Source: an uncultured Gammaproteobacteria bacterium (GTDB taxonomy: Bacteria > Patescibacteriota > Microgenomatia > CAZETR01 > Amesbacteraceae). Taken from it: a stretch of 64,000 nt of DNA. Both the position numbers and the translations under genes were made by a program. The stretch's first letter is position 1. Every line of letters begins with the position of its first letter. The notes under the pieces are model-generated. The model searched no databases. It was not told the DNA's origin and was given only the letters and a program-made list of their open reading frames with translations. The DNA lies in contig CAZWKN010000001.1 of NCBI GenBank assembly GCA_964633995.1, positions 134,527 through 198,526 of the forward strand, given 5' to 3'. Shown piece after piece: positions 1 to 10,262 of this stretch.

Positions 1-253
1 AGGTGGTGGCAAATAGTCCGGAAAGAAGGTGGATGGTCCAGTCTTTGGGAGAAAGCTGACTTAGGGTGTGAAAGATTTTGGGATGGATGAGGATAACCAA
101 GGGGATCAAAACACAGCTGGTGATGAAAAAACGATAAGTTAAAAAGATAACCGGGTCGAAATAGGCAAGTGTAAATTTAATGATCGGTCCTGCGATACCC
201 CAGATGGCAACTGCAACGATGAGCAAAACATAGGCACGGTTTCGGGGAGACAT
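1..253 (-). CDS. DMT/EamA-family transporter, N-terminal part (runs off window)
   Basis: Hand translation MSPRNRAYVLLIVAVAIWGIAGPIIKFTLAYFDPVIFLTYRFF; W-G..K..P..R pattern typical of EamA. Confidence 0.75.
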   Translation of the reverse strand, partial: MSPRNRAYVLLIVAVAIWGIAGPIIKFTLAYFDPVIFLTYRFFITSCVLIPLVILIHPKIFHTLSQLSPKDWTIHLLSGLFATT

Positions 254-308
254 GGCAATATGATGGCATACATTGTAATATGAGAGCAAATGCTATATAC
301 TATAGGGT

Positions 309-743
309 ATGAGATTGAGAAGATTGGATTTGTCTTTACGGGGTTTGTATGTATTGGGATTGTTGGCCACGGCGGCTTGTGGGGAAGTCCGGCACCTGAT
401 CGTCATGCCGGAGTCTGCCACCGCAACTGCTTTGGCGGCTACGGATAGGGCAGAGCAGACAGCTGGGGCTGGTATGCTTTTGACTGTACAGTCTGAAATG
501 ACTCATCCACGGCCGACTGTAACCCCAACTAGTACTCCCACTTCAACACCCACTTGGGAGGAAGCGATGTGTCGTACACAGAGCGAAATAGATGAGGCGG
601 CTACGTTGGCTCCTACTGCGTTATCCTTTGTGATGACTTTGGCTGCTGCCGATCCGGTTTCGGGAGCTACAGCTGAGGTCGTGCTCACCCAAGTAGCTGC
701 GAAGCCAGTTTGTCAGGTGACACCTCAACCTGTTGCCCCGTAG
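309..743 (+). CDS. Hypothetical secreted/lipoprotein-like Thr/Pro-rich protein
   Basis: Hydrophobic N-terminus ending TAAC, PTxTPT repeats, TATACT 7 nt upstream; overlaps the hisS 3' end by 59 nt. Confidence 0.4.
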   Translation: MRLRRLDLSLRGLYVLGLLATAACGEVRHLIVMPESATATALAATDRAEQTAGAGMLLTVQSEMTHPRPTVTPTSTPTSTPTWEEAMCRTQSEIDEAATLAPTALSFVMTLAAADPVSGATAEVVLTQVAAKPVCQVTPQPVAP

Positions 744-1917
744 ACATGTTTTTTAGGATGACGGCGTGCTTTGCAATTTCTTCTGGGCCAACTATCACGA
801 CGTAGGGGGTATTTTTTTGGGAGGCGTATTTTAGCTGTTTGTCGAGTTTGATATTTGGGTCTGGGAAGAGTTCAACGTTGATACCGAGGGAGCGTAAGTT
901 GACTGAGAGATTGAGAGATTGAGAGACTAAGTTGGGTGAAAAAATAGTGACAAGCGCTTTGGTGGAGTTTGTATTTTCGGAGTGGAGTTTTAGTTCGGTA
1001 ATTACATCGACAATGCGATCGAGGCCGATGGTGGATCCCACTGCAGGTAGATTTGGTCCACCTAGGTTTTCTATGAGGTGATCGTATCTGCCGCCGCCAC
1101 TAACCGACCCTATTTTAGGTTCCTTGACCACGGTTTCGTAAATGGCCCCGGTATAGTAATCCAAGCCCCTGACTAAGGTGGGATCGAATTTGAGGTGTTT
1201 GGTACCAAGAGCTTCGGACAATTTGATAATTTCAGACAAATTCGTGTCCGGTTCGGCGGATTTTAAATAGGAGAATAAATCTAGAACCTGAATTTTACTG
1301 AGGCCTTTTTGCATTAATTCTTCCGAAACCTCGTCGGTTGATTTTTTGTCTAATTTGTCGACTGACTGAAGTACGGTAAGAGATAAATTGGATGGAATAT
1401 TGGCTTTGATGATAATGTCGAACAAAATTTGCCGGGAATTAATGCGAATGGTGAAGTCTGAAAATTTAAGGTTTGTCAGACAATCCGAAATAATGGCGGG
1501 AATTTCGGCATCAGCAATGGGTGATTCCGTGCCAACAATGTCGAAATCACACTGATAAATTTCCCGATACCTACCTTTTTGGGTATTGTCTGCCCTAAAC
1601 ACGGGTTGGATTTGATAGCGTTTAAATGGTTTTGGAATATCTGGATACTGCGCCATAACCCTGGCCAAGGGAACAGTAAGGTCATATTTTAAGCCCACAT
1701 CCCGGTTGCCGCGATCTTTGAAGAGGTACATAAGTTTTTCCGCCTCTTCGCCATATTTGCCTAACAAAACGTCGGCGTATTCCAGAGTTGGAGTTTGTAG
1801 TTCGGAAAAACCATACGATTCAAAAACTTGTCTAAACGTTGAAATTACCTGGTTTCTGATGGCCATAACCGGAGGAAGAAAATCACGGAAGCCTTTGAGA
1901 GTTTGTGCGGTTGCCAT
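685..1917 (-). CDS. hisS: Histidyl-tRNA synthetase
   Basis: KGFRDFLP, YDLTVPLAR, GRYREIYQCD, RGLDYYTG, GGGRYD. Confidence 0.98.
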   Translation of the reverse strand: MATAQTLKGFRDFLPPVMAIRNQVISTFRQVFESYGFSELQTPTLEYADVLLGKYGEEAEKLMYLFKDRGNRDVGLKYDLTVPLARVMAQYPDIPKPFKRYQIQPVFRADNTQKGRYREIYQCDFDIVGTESPIADAEIPAIISDCLTNLKFSDFTIRINSRQILFDIIIKANIPSNLSLTVLQSVDKLDKKSTDEVSEELMQKGLSKIQVLDLFSYLKSAEPDTNLSEIIKLSEALGTKHLKFDPTLVRGLDYYTGAIYETVVKEPKIGSVSGGGRYDHLIENLGGPNLPAVGSTIGLDRIVDVITELKLHSENTNSTKALVTIFSPNLVSQSLNLSVNLRSLGINVELFPDPNIKLDKQLKYASQKNTPYVVIVGPEEIAKHAVILKNMSTGQQVEVSPDKLASQLLG

Positions 1918-1935
1918 AGCCCTATTATATGTAAA

Positions 1936-2577
1936 TTACTGGGCGATTGCTACGACGAGGTGGATGATTTTTGCGGTCGCCGCGTTGGCAGAGGAAAGGG
2001 TGCCTATAACTATTATTTTATCTCCGGCCTTTAAAGAAGATAGCTTGGTTTTGTTGGTTAATTTAACTGTCGCGGAAGTTTTGACGGTCCATGTCTTTTG
2101 GGATGGATCTGTAAGTTCTAGAGTGGTTGCCGTCGATTTTGTGATGGTGCCAAAAATCATACGCCGTTGGTCCTCGACTGGTTTGGAAATAACTATTAAT
2201 CTTTTGCCGGTCATGGTGTTTTGACTATCGACGTCTCCCATAACGATAACGAAGTCACCGACCTTGACATCCTTTGGTGTCGCTTCTTTTCCACCCAATA
2301 GTTTGACAGTCGTGTCGGTGGTGATAGTAACTGTACGAGATTGGTTTTTGAGGTTGGTTAGAGTAAGTGTGGCTTCTGATTTGGATATAATTACGCCCAC
2401 AAAAGCTCGTTTGGCTACGGCCTTTTTTATTTGTGCCAATTCTTCGGCAACTTTTTGTTTGACTGAGTCACGAATAGAACTGCTTTCGGTGGCGGAGGGG
2501 GTTTGAGCCAATACGTGAGTGCTAAGGACTAAGTATGAAGTGCTAAGGGCCAATAATGATATAAACTTATTTTTCAT
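1936..2577 (-). CDS. Secreted protein with two beta-rich (DUF5666-like) repeats
   Basis: Signal peptide; twice-repeated K.GD.VIV.G motif. Confidence 0.6.
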   Translation of the reverse strand: MKNKFISLLALSTSYLVLSTHVLAQTPSATESSSIRDSVKQKVAEELAQIKKAVAKRAFVGVIISKSEATLTLTNLKNQSRTVTITTDTTVKLLGGKEATPKDVKVGDFVIVMGDVDSQNTMTGKRLIVISKPVEDQRRMIFGTITKSTATTLELTDPSQKTWTVKTSATVKLTNKTKLSSLKAGDKIIVIGTLSSANAATAKIIHLVVAIAQ

Positions 2578-3020
2578 ATTTTGGCAGTGGTGTAGGTAAC
2601 TATTAATGTTTGGCTTGTTGAGTTGCCTGTTTTGTCAAAGACGGTAACTTGGATGTGATTATAACCACCTTCAAGGTCGATATCGATTGAAAAGTTGCCG
2701 GTTGAGTCTGATTCTAATATTTGTTCTCCGCCTTCGAAAGTCATTGCAACAACACTGTTTGGAAGGGTCATGCCGGAAAGAGTGGTTTTGGGAGTGTTGG
2801 TTACGAATTCGTCGTCAGGGGTCGTTATTGATAGAGGAAGTGCGTTGGCGAGTGGTTGGGTGGTTGGGGTGACGGTTTTGGGTGAAGGAGTTGGGGATTG
2901 GGCAATTTGCTTTTGTGAAGATAGGCCTTTTAGGCTTTTGTTGGCTGTCCAGATGCCAAAAGTTATGATAAGACCAAGGACAAATCCAATGGTAATGGCC
3001 AAGAAAACTTCTTTCTTCAT
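2574..3020 (-). CDS. Membrane-anchored Ig-like domain protein
   Basis: N-terminal TM, PT linker, L.GG.N.I.V...DKTGN Ig-like pattern. Confidence 0.65.
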   Translation of the reverse strand: MKKEVFLAITIGFVLGLIITFGIWTANKSLKGLSSQKQIAQSPTPSPKTVTPTTQPLANALPLSITTPDDEFVTNTPKTTLSGMTLPNSVVAMTFEGGEQILESDSTGNFSIDIDLEGGYNHIQVTVFDKTGNSTSQTLIVTYTTAKI

Positions 3021-3067
3021 AATTATGGCCTTGAGATTAACAACAGAAGCTGGTATTGTCAAGAATT

Positions 3068-3583
3068 ATGGAAATCACATATTTAGGAAACTTGGCCTTT
3101 AGGTTGAAAACTAAAACTTCATCGGTTGTTACAGAGCCGGTGGGGAGTGTTGATGCAGATATTGTTGTTACTACGGATAAGGATAAAAAAACTTCTCCAG
3201 CCACATTTGTGATTAATGGTCCGGGTGAATATGAGGTGAGGGGAATATCGGTGGTGGGGGTTTATTCTGGGATATTTGTAATTGAGCTAGACGGATTAAG
3301 GATTGTGCACTTGGGTAAGTTGGATCAGAAATTGAGCGAAAGGCAAATGGAAGAGATCGGGCCTGTAGATGTAGTTATGGTGGGGGTGGGTACGGGAGCG
3401 TTGGAACTAGTTCGACAGCTTGATCCGTGGGTGGTGATCCCAATGGGTTATGATGAGGCAAAATTAGAAGAATTTTTGAAGGGGATGGCGAGAACTGAAA
3501 CAACCCCACAGCCCAAATTGGTTTTGTCGGCAGATAAGTTGCCAACTGTACTTTCGGTGGTAGTTTTGGAAAAAAAGAGTTAG
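3068..3583 (+). CDS. MBL-fold hydrolase-like protein (metal ligands degenerate)
   Basis: MEITYLG, INGPGEYEV.G, IVHLG, VIPM. Confidence 0.7.
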   Translation: MEITYLGNLAFRLKTKTSSVVTEPVGSVDADIVVTTDKDKKTSPATFVINGPGEYEVRGISVVGVYSGIFVIELDGLRIVHLGKLDQKLSERQMEEIGPVDVVMVGVGTGALELVRQLDPWVVIPMGYDEAKLEEFLKGMARTETTPQPKLVLSADKLPTVLSVVVLEKKS

Positions 3584-3586
3584 GAT

Positions 3587-4909
3587 GTGGCTATGGCAGA
3601 ACCACGGGTGCCCCCACATTCGCAAGAAGCTGAAGAATCGGTAATAGGTGGATTGTTGTTGGATCGCGATGCGGTGGTGGCGGTAGTAGAGTTTCTGAGA
3701 CCCGAGCATTTTTATCAGGAGAAACATCAACTTATTTTTGAAGTAATAATTGAGTTGTATCAGGAGCGGGAGCCGATTGATGTGGTGACGGTTGCGGAAA
3801 AATTGAAAAAGAAAAAGGTGTTGACTGAAATTGGTGGGGCTACTTATCTTTCTGACTTGGTGTCGAAAGTACCAACTGCGGCACATGCCCAACATTATGG
3901 TCATCTGGTCCAGGACCACTTTACAAAAAGGCAACTTATTTCTGCGGGTACTGCGATTGTGGACATGGCGTTTGATGCAGGAGGTGACGTAAGACAGATA
4001 TTGGATACGGCTGAAGGAAAAGTTTTTTCATTGGCCCAGCAGCATTTGAAGCAGGTGTTTGTGCCCGTAAAAGATATCCTTGCTGAATCGTTTGACCGAT
4101 TGGATGAGTTACATAAATCAGCGGGTTCGCTTAGAGGAGTACCCACGGGGTTTCCGGATTTGGACGATACATTGGCGGGGATGCAGGATTCTAATTTGCT
4201 TATTTTGGCTGCTAGGCCTGGAGTGGGTAAGACAGCATTGGCATTAAATATTGCCCAGCATGCAGCTTTTGTCCATAAACTGCCGGTGGGATTTTTTTCT
4301 TTGGAAATGAGTCGTGAGGAATTGATGGACAGGTTATTGGTGGCTCAGGCAGAAATTGACGCCTGGAAGATGAAAACTGGTAATTTGTCTGAAGATGAAT
4401 TTTCCAAGTTGTCTGATGCAATGGGAGAATTGTATGAAACACCACTATATATAGACGATACGCCGGGAATTTCGATATTGGAAATGAGGACTAAAGCAAG
4501 AAGGTTGCAAGCGGAGCATGGGTTGAAATTGGTTGTAGTTGATTACCTACAATTAGCCAGACCTACAAGAAGTTTGGATAATAGGGTGCAGGAAGTGTCG
4601 GAAATATCTCAAGGGCTTAAAAACCTCGCCCGGGAACTTAAGGTGCCAGTTTTGGCATTGTCCCAGTTGTCTAGGCAAGTGGAGTCACGGGGGATCAAGA
4701 AGCCCCAGTTGGCAGATTTGCGCGAGTCGGGGGCAATTGAACAGGATGCGGACGTGGTGATGTTTTTGTGGAGGGAAAACGACGAGGATTTGGAAAATAT
4801 GAATCTGGACATTGCCAAACACAGAAACGGGGCTTTGAAGACTGTTAAGTTTAGATTCCGAGGGGATAGATATAAATTTTACGGGGTGGAGGGGAAAAGA
4901 AAAGAGTAG
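3587..4909 (+). CDS. dnaB: Replicative DNA helicase
   Basis: PPHSQEAE, AARPGVGKT, SLEMS, DYLQL, LSQLSR, DLRESGAIEQDAD. Confidence 0.98.
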   Translation: MAMAEPRVPPHSQEAEESVIGGLLLDRDAVVAVVEFLRPEHFYQEKHQLIFEVIIELYQEREPIDVVTVAEKLKKKKVLTEIGGATYLSDLVSKVPTAAHAQHYGHLVQDHFTKRQLISAGTAIVDMAFDAGGDVRQILDTAEGKVFSLAQQHLKQVFVPVKDILAESFDRLDELHKSAGSLRGVPTGFPDLDDTLAGMQDSNLLILAARPGVGKTALALNIAQHAAFVHKLPVGFFSLEMSREELMDRLLVAQAEIDAWKMKTGNLSEDEFSKLSDAMGELYETPLYIDDTPGISILEMRTKARRLQAEHGLKLVVVDYLQLARPTRSLDNRVQEVSEISQGLKNLARELKVPVLALSQLSRQVESRGIKKPQLADLRESGAIEQDADVVMFLWRENDEDLENMNLDIAKHRNGALKTVKFRFRGDRYKFYGVEGKRKE

Positions 4910-4925
4910 TTTACTGTATTCAGCG

Positions 4926-5063
4926 GAGATCGTCACGGCCGATGTACATCTGGGTTTGCGATGACATATTAATAAAACCTCACCCTCGTTCCCTCTCCTG
5001 GATTCAGGAGAGGGAGGCTTTGTAGAGATCGCCACGGCCGCCAAAGGCGGCCTCGCGATGACA
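4926..5063. repeat. Composite REP-like palindromic cluster
   Basis: Two GAGATCG.CAC...GCGATGACA units flanking a CCTCACCC..CTCTCC..GGAGAGGG hairpin; related units at 28462-28588. Confidence 0.7.
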
Positions 5064-5069
5064 CTGAAG

Positions 5070-5153
5070 TGCCGAAGGAGGGAGTCGAACCCTCACGGGC
5101 GTTTAGCCCACACGATTTTGAGTCGTGCGTGTATGCCATTTCACCACTCCGGC
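5070..5153 (-). tRNA. tRNA-Leu(CAA)
   Basis: Cloverleaf; anticodon arm CACGA-CT-CAA-AA-TCGTG; long variable arm; GGTTCGACTCC. Confidence 0.95.
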
Positions 5154-5277
5154 GTAGTTTAAACTCTGTTTTTTAAATAATGCCTACCGAACTGCTTCTT
5201 AAGGCATATGTGTAAAAGTACTGCATGAGCCTAGCACTTACAGTGTAATTTTACTTGCTAGTAGTTATAATTACCAG

Positions 5278-5880
5278 ATGTGGGCAATTTCTAAAATTTG
5301 GGACGTGCTAGCCTTTTTTGTTTTTGGTTTTTGGGCATGGAAGATGATGCGATTGGATTATGACGAAGAGAAAATTATTACGATGACTATAATTTTGGGC
5401 GTGTGCGGTTTTTTTGGGGGTGTGGGATTGCAGTTGGTGGGATTGTATTGGTGGTGCAAGCGAGTCAAATGGGATTTTTGGGAGTGGTTGGATGCGCTAG
5501 GTCCATTGTTACTTGTAATGTCTGGATTTTTAGGAGTAACTTTTGGGTCAAAAAAAATGGTATGGGGGATATTGGGGATTGTGGGGTTTGGGTGTGTTAA
5601 TTGGATATCGAAAAGATATCGAAAATTTGGTTGGTATAAAAGTGGAAAACCCGGATTTGTAGGGATTGTTTCTATAATGCTATGGAGTTTGTTCGAAATT
5701 GTGGTTGCAACTTTGGTTAGGGGTGGGATATACTTGTGGGGCTTGTCCGTACAGCAATGGGAATGTGTGGTTTTGCTGTCGGTGGGAGCTATGATGTTGT
5801 ACCTGAGGGCAGGACTGGATGTTAGTTATACGTTTAAAAGTTTATGGCGCAAAAAAAGACCAAAATTGATTCCCAAGTAA
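5278..5880 (+). CDS. Multi-pass membrane protein, distant Lgt-like
   Basis: Multiple TMs, W.WLD motif, ..Q.. near C-terminus; precedes DksA-like and RluA genes. Confidence 0.5.
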   Translation: MWAISKIWDVLAFFVFGFWAWKMMRLDYDEEKIITMTIILGVCGFFGGVGLQLVGLYWWCKRVKWDFWEWLDALGPLLLVMSGFLGVTFGSKKMVWGILGIVGFGCVNWISKRYRKFGWYKSGKPGFVGIVSIMLWSLFEIVVATLVRGGIYLWGLSVQQWECVVLLSVGAMMLYLRAGLDVSYTFKSLWRKKRPKLIPK

Positions 5881-6236
5881 AATATCCCGATGAGGTATTA
5901 AAGCCGGTGAAAGAGCATTTAATAGGTAGGTTGTTTGGATTGGAAAAACGGAAGAAAGAGTTACAAGAAGAAGACCCGTTTAAGGACAACTCACGTCTTG
6001 AGGATAACGCTGCGATGGATGCCGACGCCGAGGAACAGGTGGGACACATGAAAGTATCGGCCATGAGGCAGGCAATAGACAGGAGCATTATCCAGGTTAG
6101 AAAGGCCTTATCTCAATTGAAATTTGGAAGATATGGCGTGTGTGAGCGATGTGGAAAAATGATTGATACGGACAGATTGGTCATTATGCCTGAGACAACG
6201 GTGTGTATTGATTGCGAAAAAAAGAGAGAGAAATAG
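5844..6236 (+). CDS. TraR/DksA C4 zinc-finger protein
   Basis: YGVCERCGKMI..RL..P.T..CIDC. Confidence 0.92.
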   Translation: MAQKKTKIDSQVKYPDEVLKPVKEHLIGRLFGLEKRKKELQEEDPFKDNSRLEDNAAMDADAEEQVGHMKVSAMRQAIDRSIIQVRKALSQLKFGRYGVCERCGKMIDTDRLVIMPETTVCIDCEKKREK

Positions 6237-6237
6237 T

Positions 6238-6957
6238 GTGAAGCCTGATGTAATTTTTGAAGATGATGCAATTTGCGTCATTAACAAACCAGCGGGAATG
6301 GTAGTAAATGATGCGGAAACTGTTAAAGGAGAGACTGTGCAGGGATGGTTTTTTCCTAAATTGACAATTGACAATGGACAATTGACAATGGAATCTGAGT
6401 TTTATAAAAAAGGGGGAGTAGTTCATCGGCTGGATAAAGACACTAGCGGGGTCATGGTGTTGGCTAAAACGTTTAAGGCGTATGAAATGCTTAAAGCGCA
6501 GTTTTTGGAAAGAAAGACGCAAAAAAAATATTTGGCTTTGGTGCATGGAAAGATGTCTGAAGAGTCTGGAATATTGTCTACCCCCATAGAACGGCATCCA
6601 AAATTTAGATTTAAATTTGCAGTGGGAGGTGATTTGGCCAGAACTGCAATTACGGAGTGGAAGACGGTTAAAGTTTTCAGTTTTCAGGGTTCAGTTATCA
6701 GTTTGGTGGAGTTGAGTCCGCATACGGGAAGGACGCACCAGTTGAGGGTTCACATGCAGCACTTGGGACACCCGATAGTTTCTGATCCAATTTATGGTTT
6801 TAAAAAGAGAATAGAAGAAGATTTGATATGGTGTCCGCGGCTTTTTTTACATGCTTGTGAATTACAATTTGTACATCCTGTGTCAGGTGAAACAGTAAAA
6901 TTCGAAGCCCCTTTGCCTTCTGAGTTGGAAAAGGCCTTGGATTTGCTGGTACACTAA
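6238..6957 (+). CDS. RluA-family pseudouridine synthase
   Basis: NKPAG, HRLDKDTSG, TGRTHQLRVH, LFLHA; GTG start. Confidence 0.95.
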   Translation: MKPDVIFEDDAICVINKPAGMVVNDAETVKGETVQGWFFPKLTIDNGQLTMESEFYKKGGVVHRLDKDTSGVMVLAKTFKAYEMLKAQFLERKTQKKYLALVHGKMSEESGILSTPIERHPKFRFKFAVGGDLARTAITEWKTVKVFSFQGSVISLVELSPHTGRTHQLRVHMQHLGHPIVSDPIYGFKKRIEEDLIWCPRLFLHACELQFVHPVSGETVKFEAPLPSELEKALDLLVH

Positions 6958-6961
6958 ATAC

Positions 6962-8629
6962 ATGGCGGAAGTTTTTGGGAGTTTGGCGGTAATATTTGGA
7001 ATGGCGGCTTTGGGTGGGGTTTTGGCTAGGGTGTTAAAGCAGCCAGTTGTTTTGGGGTATATTTTTTCGGGTGCCTTGTTGGCTATTTTTGGACGAGGAT
7101 GGTGGCAGATGCCGGAAAATAGGCAGATTGTAGATTTGATGGGGCAGTTGGGGGTGACGTTGTTGTTGTTTCTGGCTGGATTGGAATTACCTATATTGGA
7201 GTTGTCTAGGGTAGGTAAAGTATCTGGAGTAGTGGGGGTGTTGCAAGTACTTATTTCTGGAATACTTGGGACGTTAGTAGCTTTCGGGATAGGTTGGCCA
7301 TTGCCAGCGGCGATGTTTTTGGGAGTGGGCTTAACGTTTGGAAGCACAATTATGGTGGTGAAGTTGTTGACAGAAAAAAGAGAATTGCAAAGTTTGCATG
7401 GAAAGATTGCGGTGGGAATACTCCTGGTTCAGGACTTTGTGGCTATGGGGATTTTGGTTATGTTGTCATCTTCAAGTAGTGCTTTTGTGGTGGTTGTTAA
7501 GGGGTTAGTACTTGTGCTTTTGGCGTTATGGTTGGGAAGTGGGATTATGAAAACAGCCATAACTTTTTTAGGCAGATCGACTGAGTTGTTGTTTATATCT
7601 GGTGTAGCATGGTGTTTGGTGGTGGCTGCTGCGGTCGGATCAAAATGGGTAGGATTTTCGTATGAGATTGGGGGATTGCTGGCTGGATTGGCGCTAGCTT
7701 CCAGCATCGAACAGGAACAAATAGTGTCGAGAATAAGACCGCTTCGGGATTTTTTTCTCACGTGGTTTTTCGTGTCGATGGGTACTAGTTTGTCATTACT
7801 TGCGGGATTGGATAGATTGATCCCGATAGTGGTACTGTCGGTATTTGTCCTGGTGGTTAATCCTTGGATAGTGATGAATATTTTGGGAATACTGGGGTTT
7901 AGCAAGAGAGCAGCTTTTATGGTGGCCTTAACTGTGGGACAAATGTCTGAGTTTGGTTTAGTATTGGTTTCAAAATTAAGTTCAACGTCCATGGTTTCTC
8001 CTCGGTTTGTCCCAGAAATAACAGCAGTGGCCATGATTACCATGACGACATCGTCCTATTTAATTTGGAATTTGGAGAGTATTTATAGCAGATTTGGAAA
8101 GTGGATATGGTTTTGGAGGTGGAGGCGAAACACAGACACTCCGGCTCCTAAAGAAGGTTTAAAGGGACATGTGGTGTTGTTTGGACACAACAGGACTGGG
8201 GAGATGCTTAGACCGGTTTTGGAAAGATCTGGTAGGAAGTTAACTGTGGTGGATTTTAATCCCAGTGTAGTAGACGACTTGTTGAATAAAGGGGTGAATG
8301 TAGTATATGGGGATATGGCGGACGTTGAACTTTTGGACACTTTGGGACTTTCAGATGCCGATTTAATTATTTCTACCGTTCCAGATATTAGGGACAACAT
8401 GCAGCTGTTAAAATCAATCCCATCGACAGGGAAAGAAAAACCCGTGGTGGTTGTTACGGCAGTGGATAATTTGGAAGCAAGGAAATTATATGTAAGCGGG
8501 GCAGATTTTGTTTTGGTTCCAAACACAGTGGGTGGGGAGTATTTGGGAAATTTGTTGGAGCCACTTGCTGGATTGGATAAACTTAGAGAACACGCCATGA
8601 AACACCAAAAAAGATTGGGATTGGTATGA
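6962..8629 (+). CDS. CPA2 (Kef-type) cation:proton antiporter with TrkA-N domain
   Basis: LLFLAGLE, GILLVQD, GQMSEF, G.NRTG, YGD. Confidence 0.92.
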   Translation: MAEVFGSLAVIFGMAALGGVLARVLKQPVVLGYIFSGALLAIFGRGWWQMPENRQIVDLMGQLGVTLLLFLAGLELPILELSRVGKVSGVVGVLQVLISGILGTLVAFGIGWPLPAAMFLGVGLTFGSTIMVVKLLTEKRELQSLHGKIAVGILLVQDFVAMGILVMLSSSSSAFVVVVKGLVLVLLALWLGSGIMKTAITFLGRSTELLFISGVAWCLVVAAAVGSKWVGFSYEIGGLLAGLALASSIEQEQIVSRIRPLRDFFLTWFFVSMGTSLSLLAGLDRLIPIVVLSVFVLVVNPWIVMNILGILGFSKRAAFMVALTVGQMSEFGLVLVSKLSSTSMVSPRFVPEITAVAMITMTTSSYLIWNLESIYSRFGKWIWFWRWRRNTDTPAPKEGLKGHVVLFGHNRTGEMLRPVLERSGRKLTVVDFNPSVVDDLLNKGVNVVYGDMADVELLDTLGLSDADLIISTVPDIRDNMQLLKSIPSTGKEKPVVVVTAVDNLEARKLYVSGADFVLVPNTVGGEYLGNLLEPLAGLDKLREHAMKHQKRLGLV

Positions 8630-9435
8630 TGAAAAAAGTGTGTTTACCCGTGTTGGTGTGTTTGGTGTTTGTCGGTGTTTGTGGTATTCAATATGCCAAT
8701 TCACAATGGATAGGTGGGGAACGGTTTACTCGAATTGGAATTAAAGGAACAGAAGTAAAAATAGAAAGTTTTGACCCCAAAACATTAGTTGGTTTTGAAG
8801 TGAAACTACCTGATACGTTGTTGATAGAGACTGTGTCTGGACGGGGAAAATGGCCGGTTGAAGTGTTGGGAAAGATGGGGAACAAGTATGGTATGTCCTG
8901 GGCCAAATCATCGGTGGCTGATTTTTTGGGCATAGCTTTTGTGCCGGAACCATTATCATTGTGGGACGAAATAAGATGGTGGTGGTGGAAGGGGAGAGTA
9001 AGGTGGAGACAGGTTGATATGGAGAAATCTGGACTAGTAAGGGAGATAAAGGCTCCTGATGGTGATGATATTTTGGTGTTGACTAACGATTGGAAATCAC
9101 GTGCAGACAACCTGTTTTTGTCCTCAGAACTATCTGACAAAGGAATAACAGTTGCTATTATAAATACCACGGGGGTTTTGGGGTTGGGATCTCATGCCGC
9201 TAGGCCAATAGAAAGTGCCGGGATTCGGGTAGTGGATGTAGCAAATGAAAGCCAGGAAATAGGAAAATGTGAAATATTATCAGATAAGCGGGTGGAGCAT
9301 GATTTGGTGGTGTTGTGGTTAAAAAAGGAGCTGGGGTGTATTTGGAAAGCTCAAGGAGGGTTTATGGGTGCTGACGTTACAATCAGGTTGGGCGATGAAT
9401 ATAAAATCTGGTGGTTGGGAAAGGACACTGATTAA
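8626..9435 (+). CDS. LytR C-terminal domain protein
   Basis: N-terminal TM; VAIINTTGVLGLG...ADVTIRLGD. Confidence 0.7.
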   Translation: MMKKVCLPVLVCLVFVGVCGIQYANSQWIGGERFTRIGIKGTEVKIESFDPKTLVGFEVKLPDTLLIETVSGRGKWPVEVLGKMGNKYGMSWAKSSVADFLGIAFVPEPLSLWDEIRWWWWKGRVRWRQVDMEKSGLVREIKAPDGDDILVLTNDWKSRADNLFLSSELSDKGITVAIINTTGVLGLGSHAARPIESAGIRVVDVANESQEIGKCEILSDKRVEHDLVVLWLKKELGCIWKAQGGFMGADVTIRLGDEYKIWWLGKDTD

Positions 9436-10196
9436 TCGTTGTCGTCGGGGGGTGGTTCGGGAATATTTGAGTCCAGTTCTGGTTCTGGGCGAAATCTGCC
9501 ATCATCTTGTTCTTCGGGGGCTGATGTGTCGGGTTTTTCGTCGTGAATAAGTTCTGGAGGGGTAAATGCCGCATAAGAAAGCTTTTCAGTGATTGGGAAT
9601 GATGGGGTGTTGCGGTATTTACTTGACCTACTAAGTTCTTTGATAAATATCTTGATGCATTGTTGGTCGACTGACTTTACCCAGGCGTTGTATTTATTGC
9701 CGGCTTTCAAAAAGAGTCGCATTTTAGAAGCCAAATCGTCAGGAAGTCGGCCTATATTCTGGGAGTCTGTGGAAACTACTGCTACGATATGTTCTCTGGC
9801 TACAATAGTTAATGCGTCTCCTGGGTGTAGGCAGGAAGTTATTTTGGGATCCCCCAGGCGGGTGAGGCTAACAGTTTTGGTAATGCCAGGTTCTTCCAAA
9901 AACATTGGGGGAGGTGCTGATGGCGTGTGATTGTGGGAATGTTGGACGCGTGAGGTTTTGAGTAAATCGAGGCTTTTTATGGCTATGGAGTTAAATTTGT
10001 CGATTTTTAAAACTTTGGAATAGGTTTCGGACGATTTGGTTTTTTGACCTGTTTCTAGATATGCTCGACCAAGCCTATTTAGGGCGTCTAAATCTTTCGG
10101 GTTTTGTTTAAGAATTTGGAGATTCAGATCGATTGCTGTTTTCCAATCTCTTGTCAGGGCTGCGTCGATGGCCTTTTGGGTGGTGTCAGATGGCAT
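9432..10196 (-). CDS. Tetratricopeptide repeat protein
   Basis: DALNRLGRAYLETG TPR; FLEEPG.TK motif; acidic tail. Confidence 0.8.
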   Translation of the reverse strand: MPSDTTQKAIDAALTRDWKTAIDLNLQILKQNPKDLDALNRLGRAYLETGQKTKSSETYSKVLKIDKFNSIAIKSLDLLKTSRVQHSHNHTPSAPPPMFLEEPGITKTVSLTRLGDPKITSCLHPGDALTIVAREHIVAVVSTDSQNIGRLPDDLASKMRLFLKAGNKYNAWVKSVDQQCIKIFIKELSRSSKYRNTPSFPITEKLSYAAFTPPELIHDEKPDTSAPEEQDDGRFRPEPELDSNIPEPPPDDND

Positions 10197-10262
10197 ATTT
10201 ACTTCGTGAAAGTATAAGGGGTGTCTGGTGGAAGTCAACCCCCGGGTGGTAAAATTGGGGTC

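Noticed and set aside
7429-8598. Long antisense ORFs within the antiporter and other genes
   Set aside because: Shadow ORFs with no motifs, lying opposite well-supported genes.
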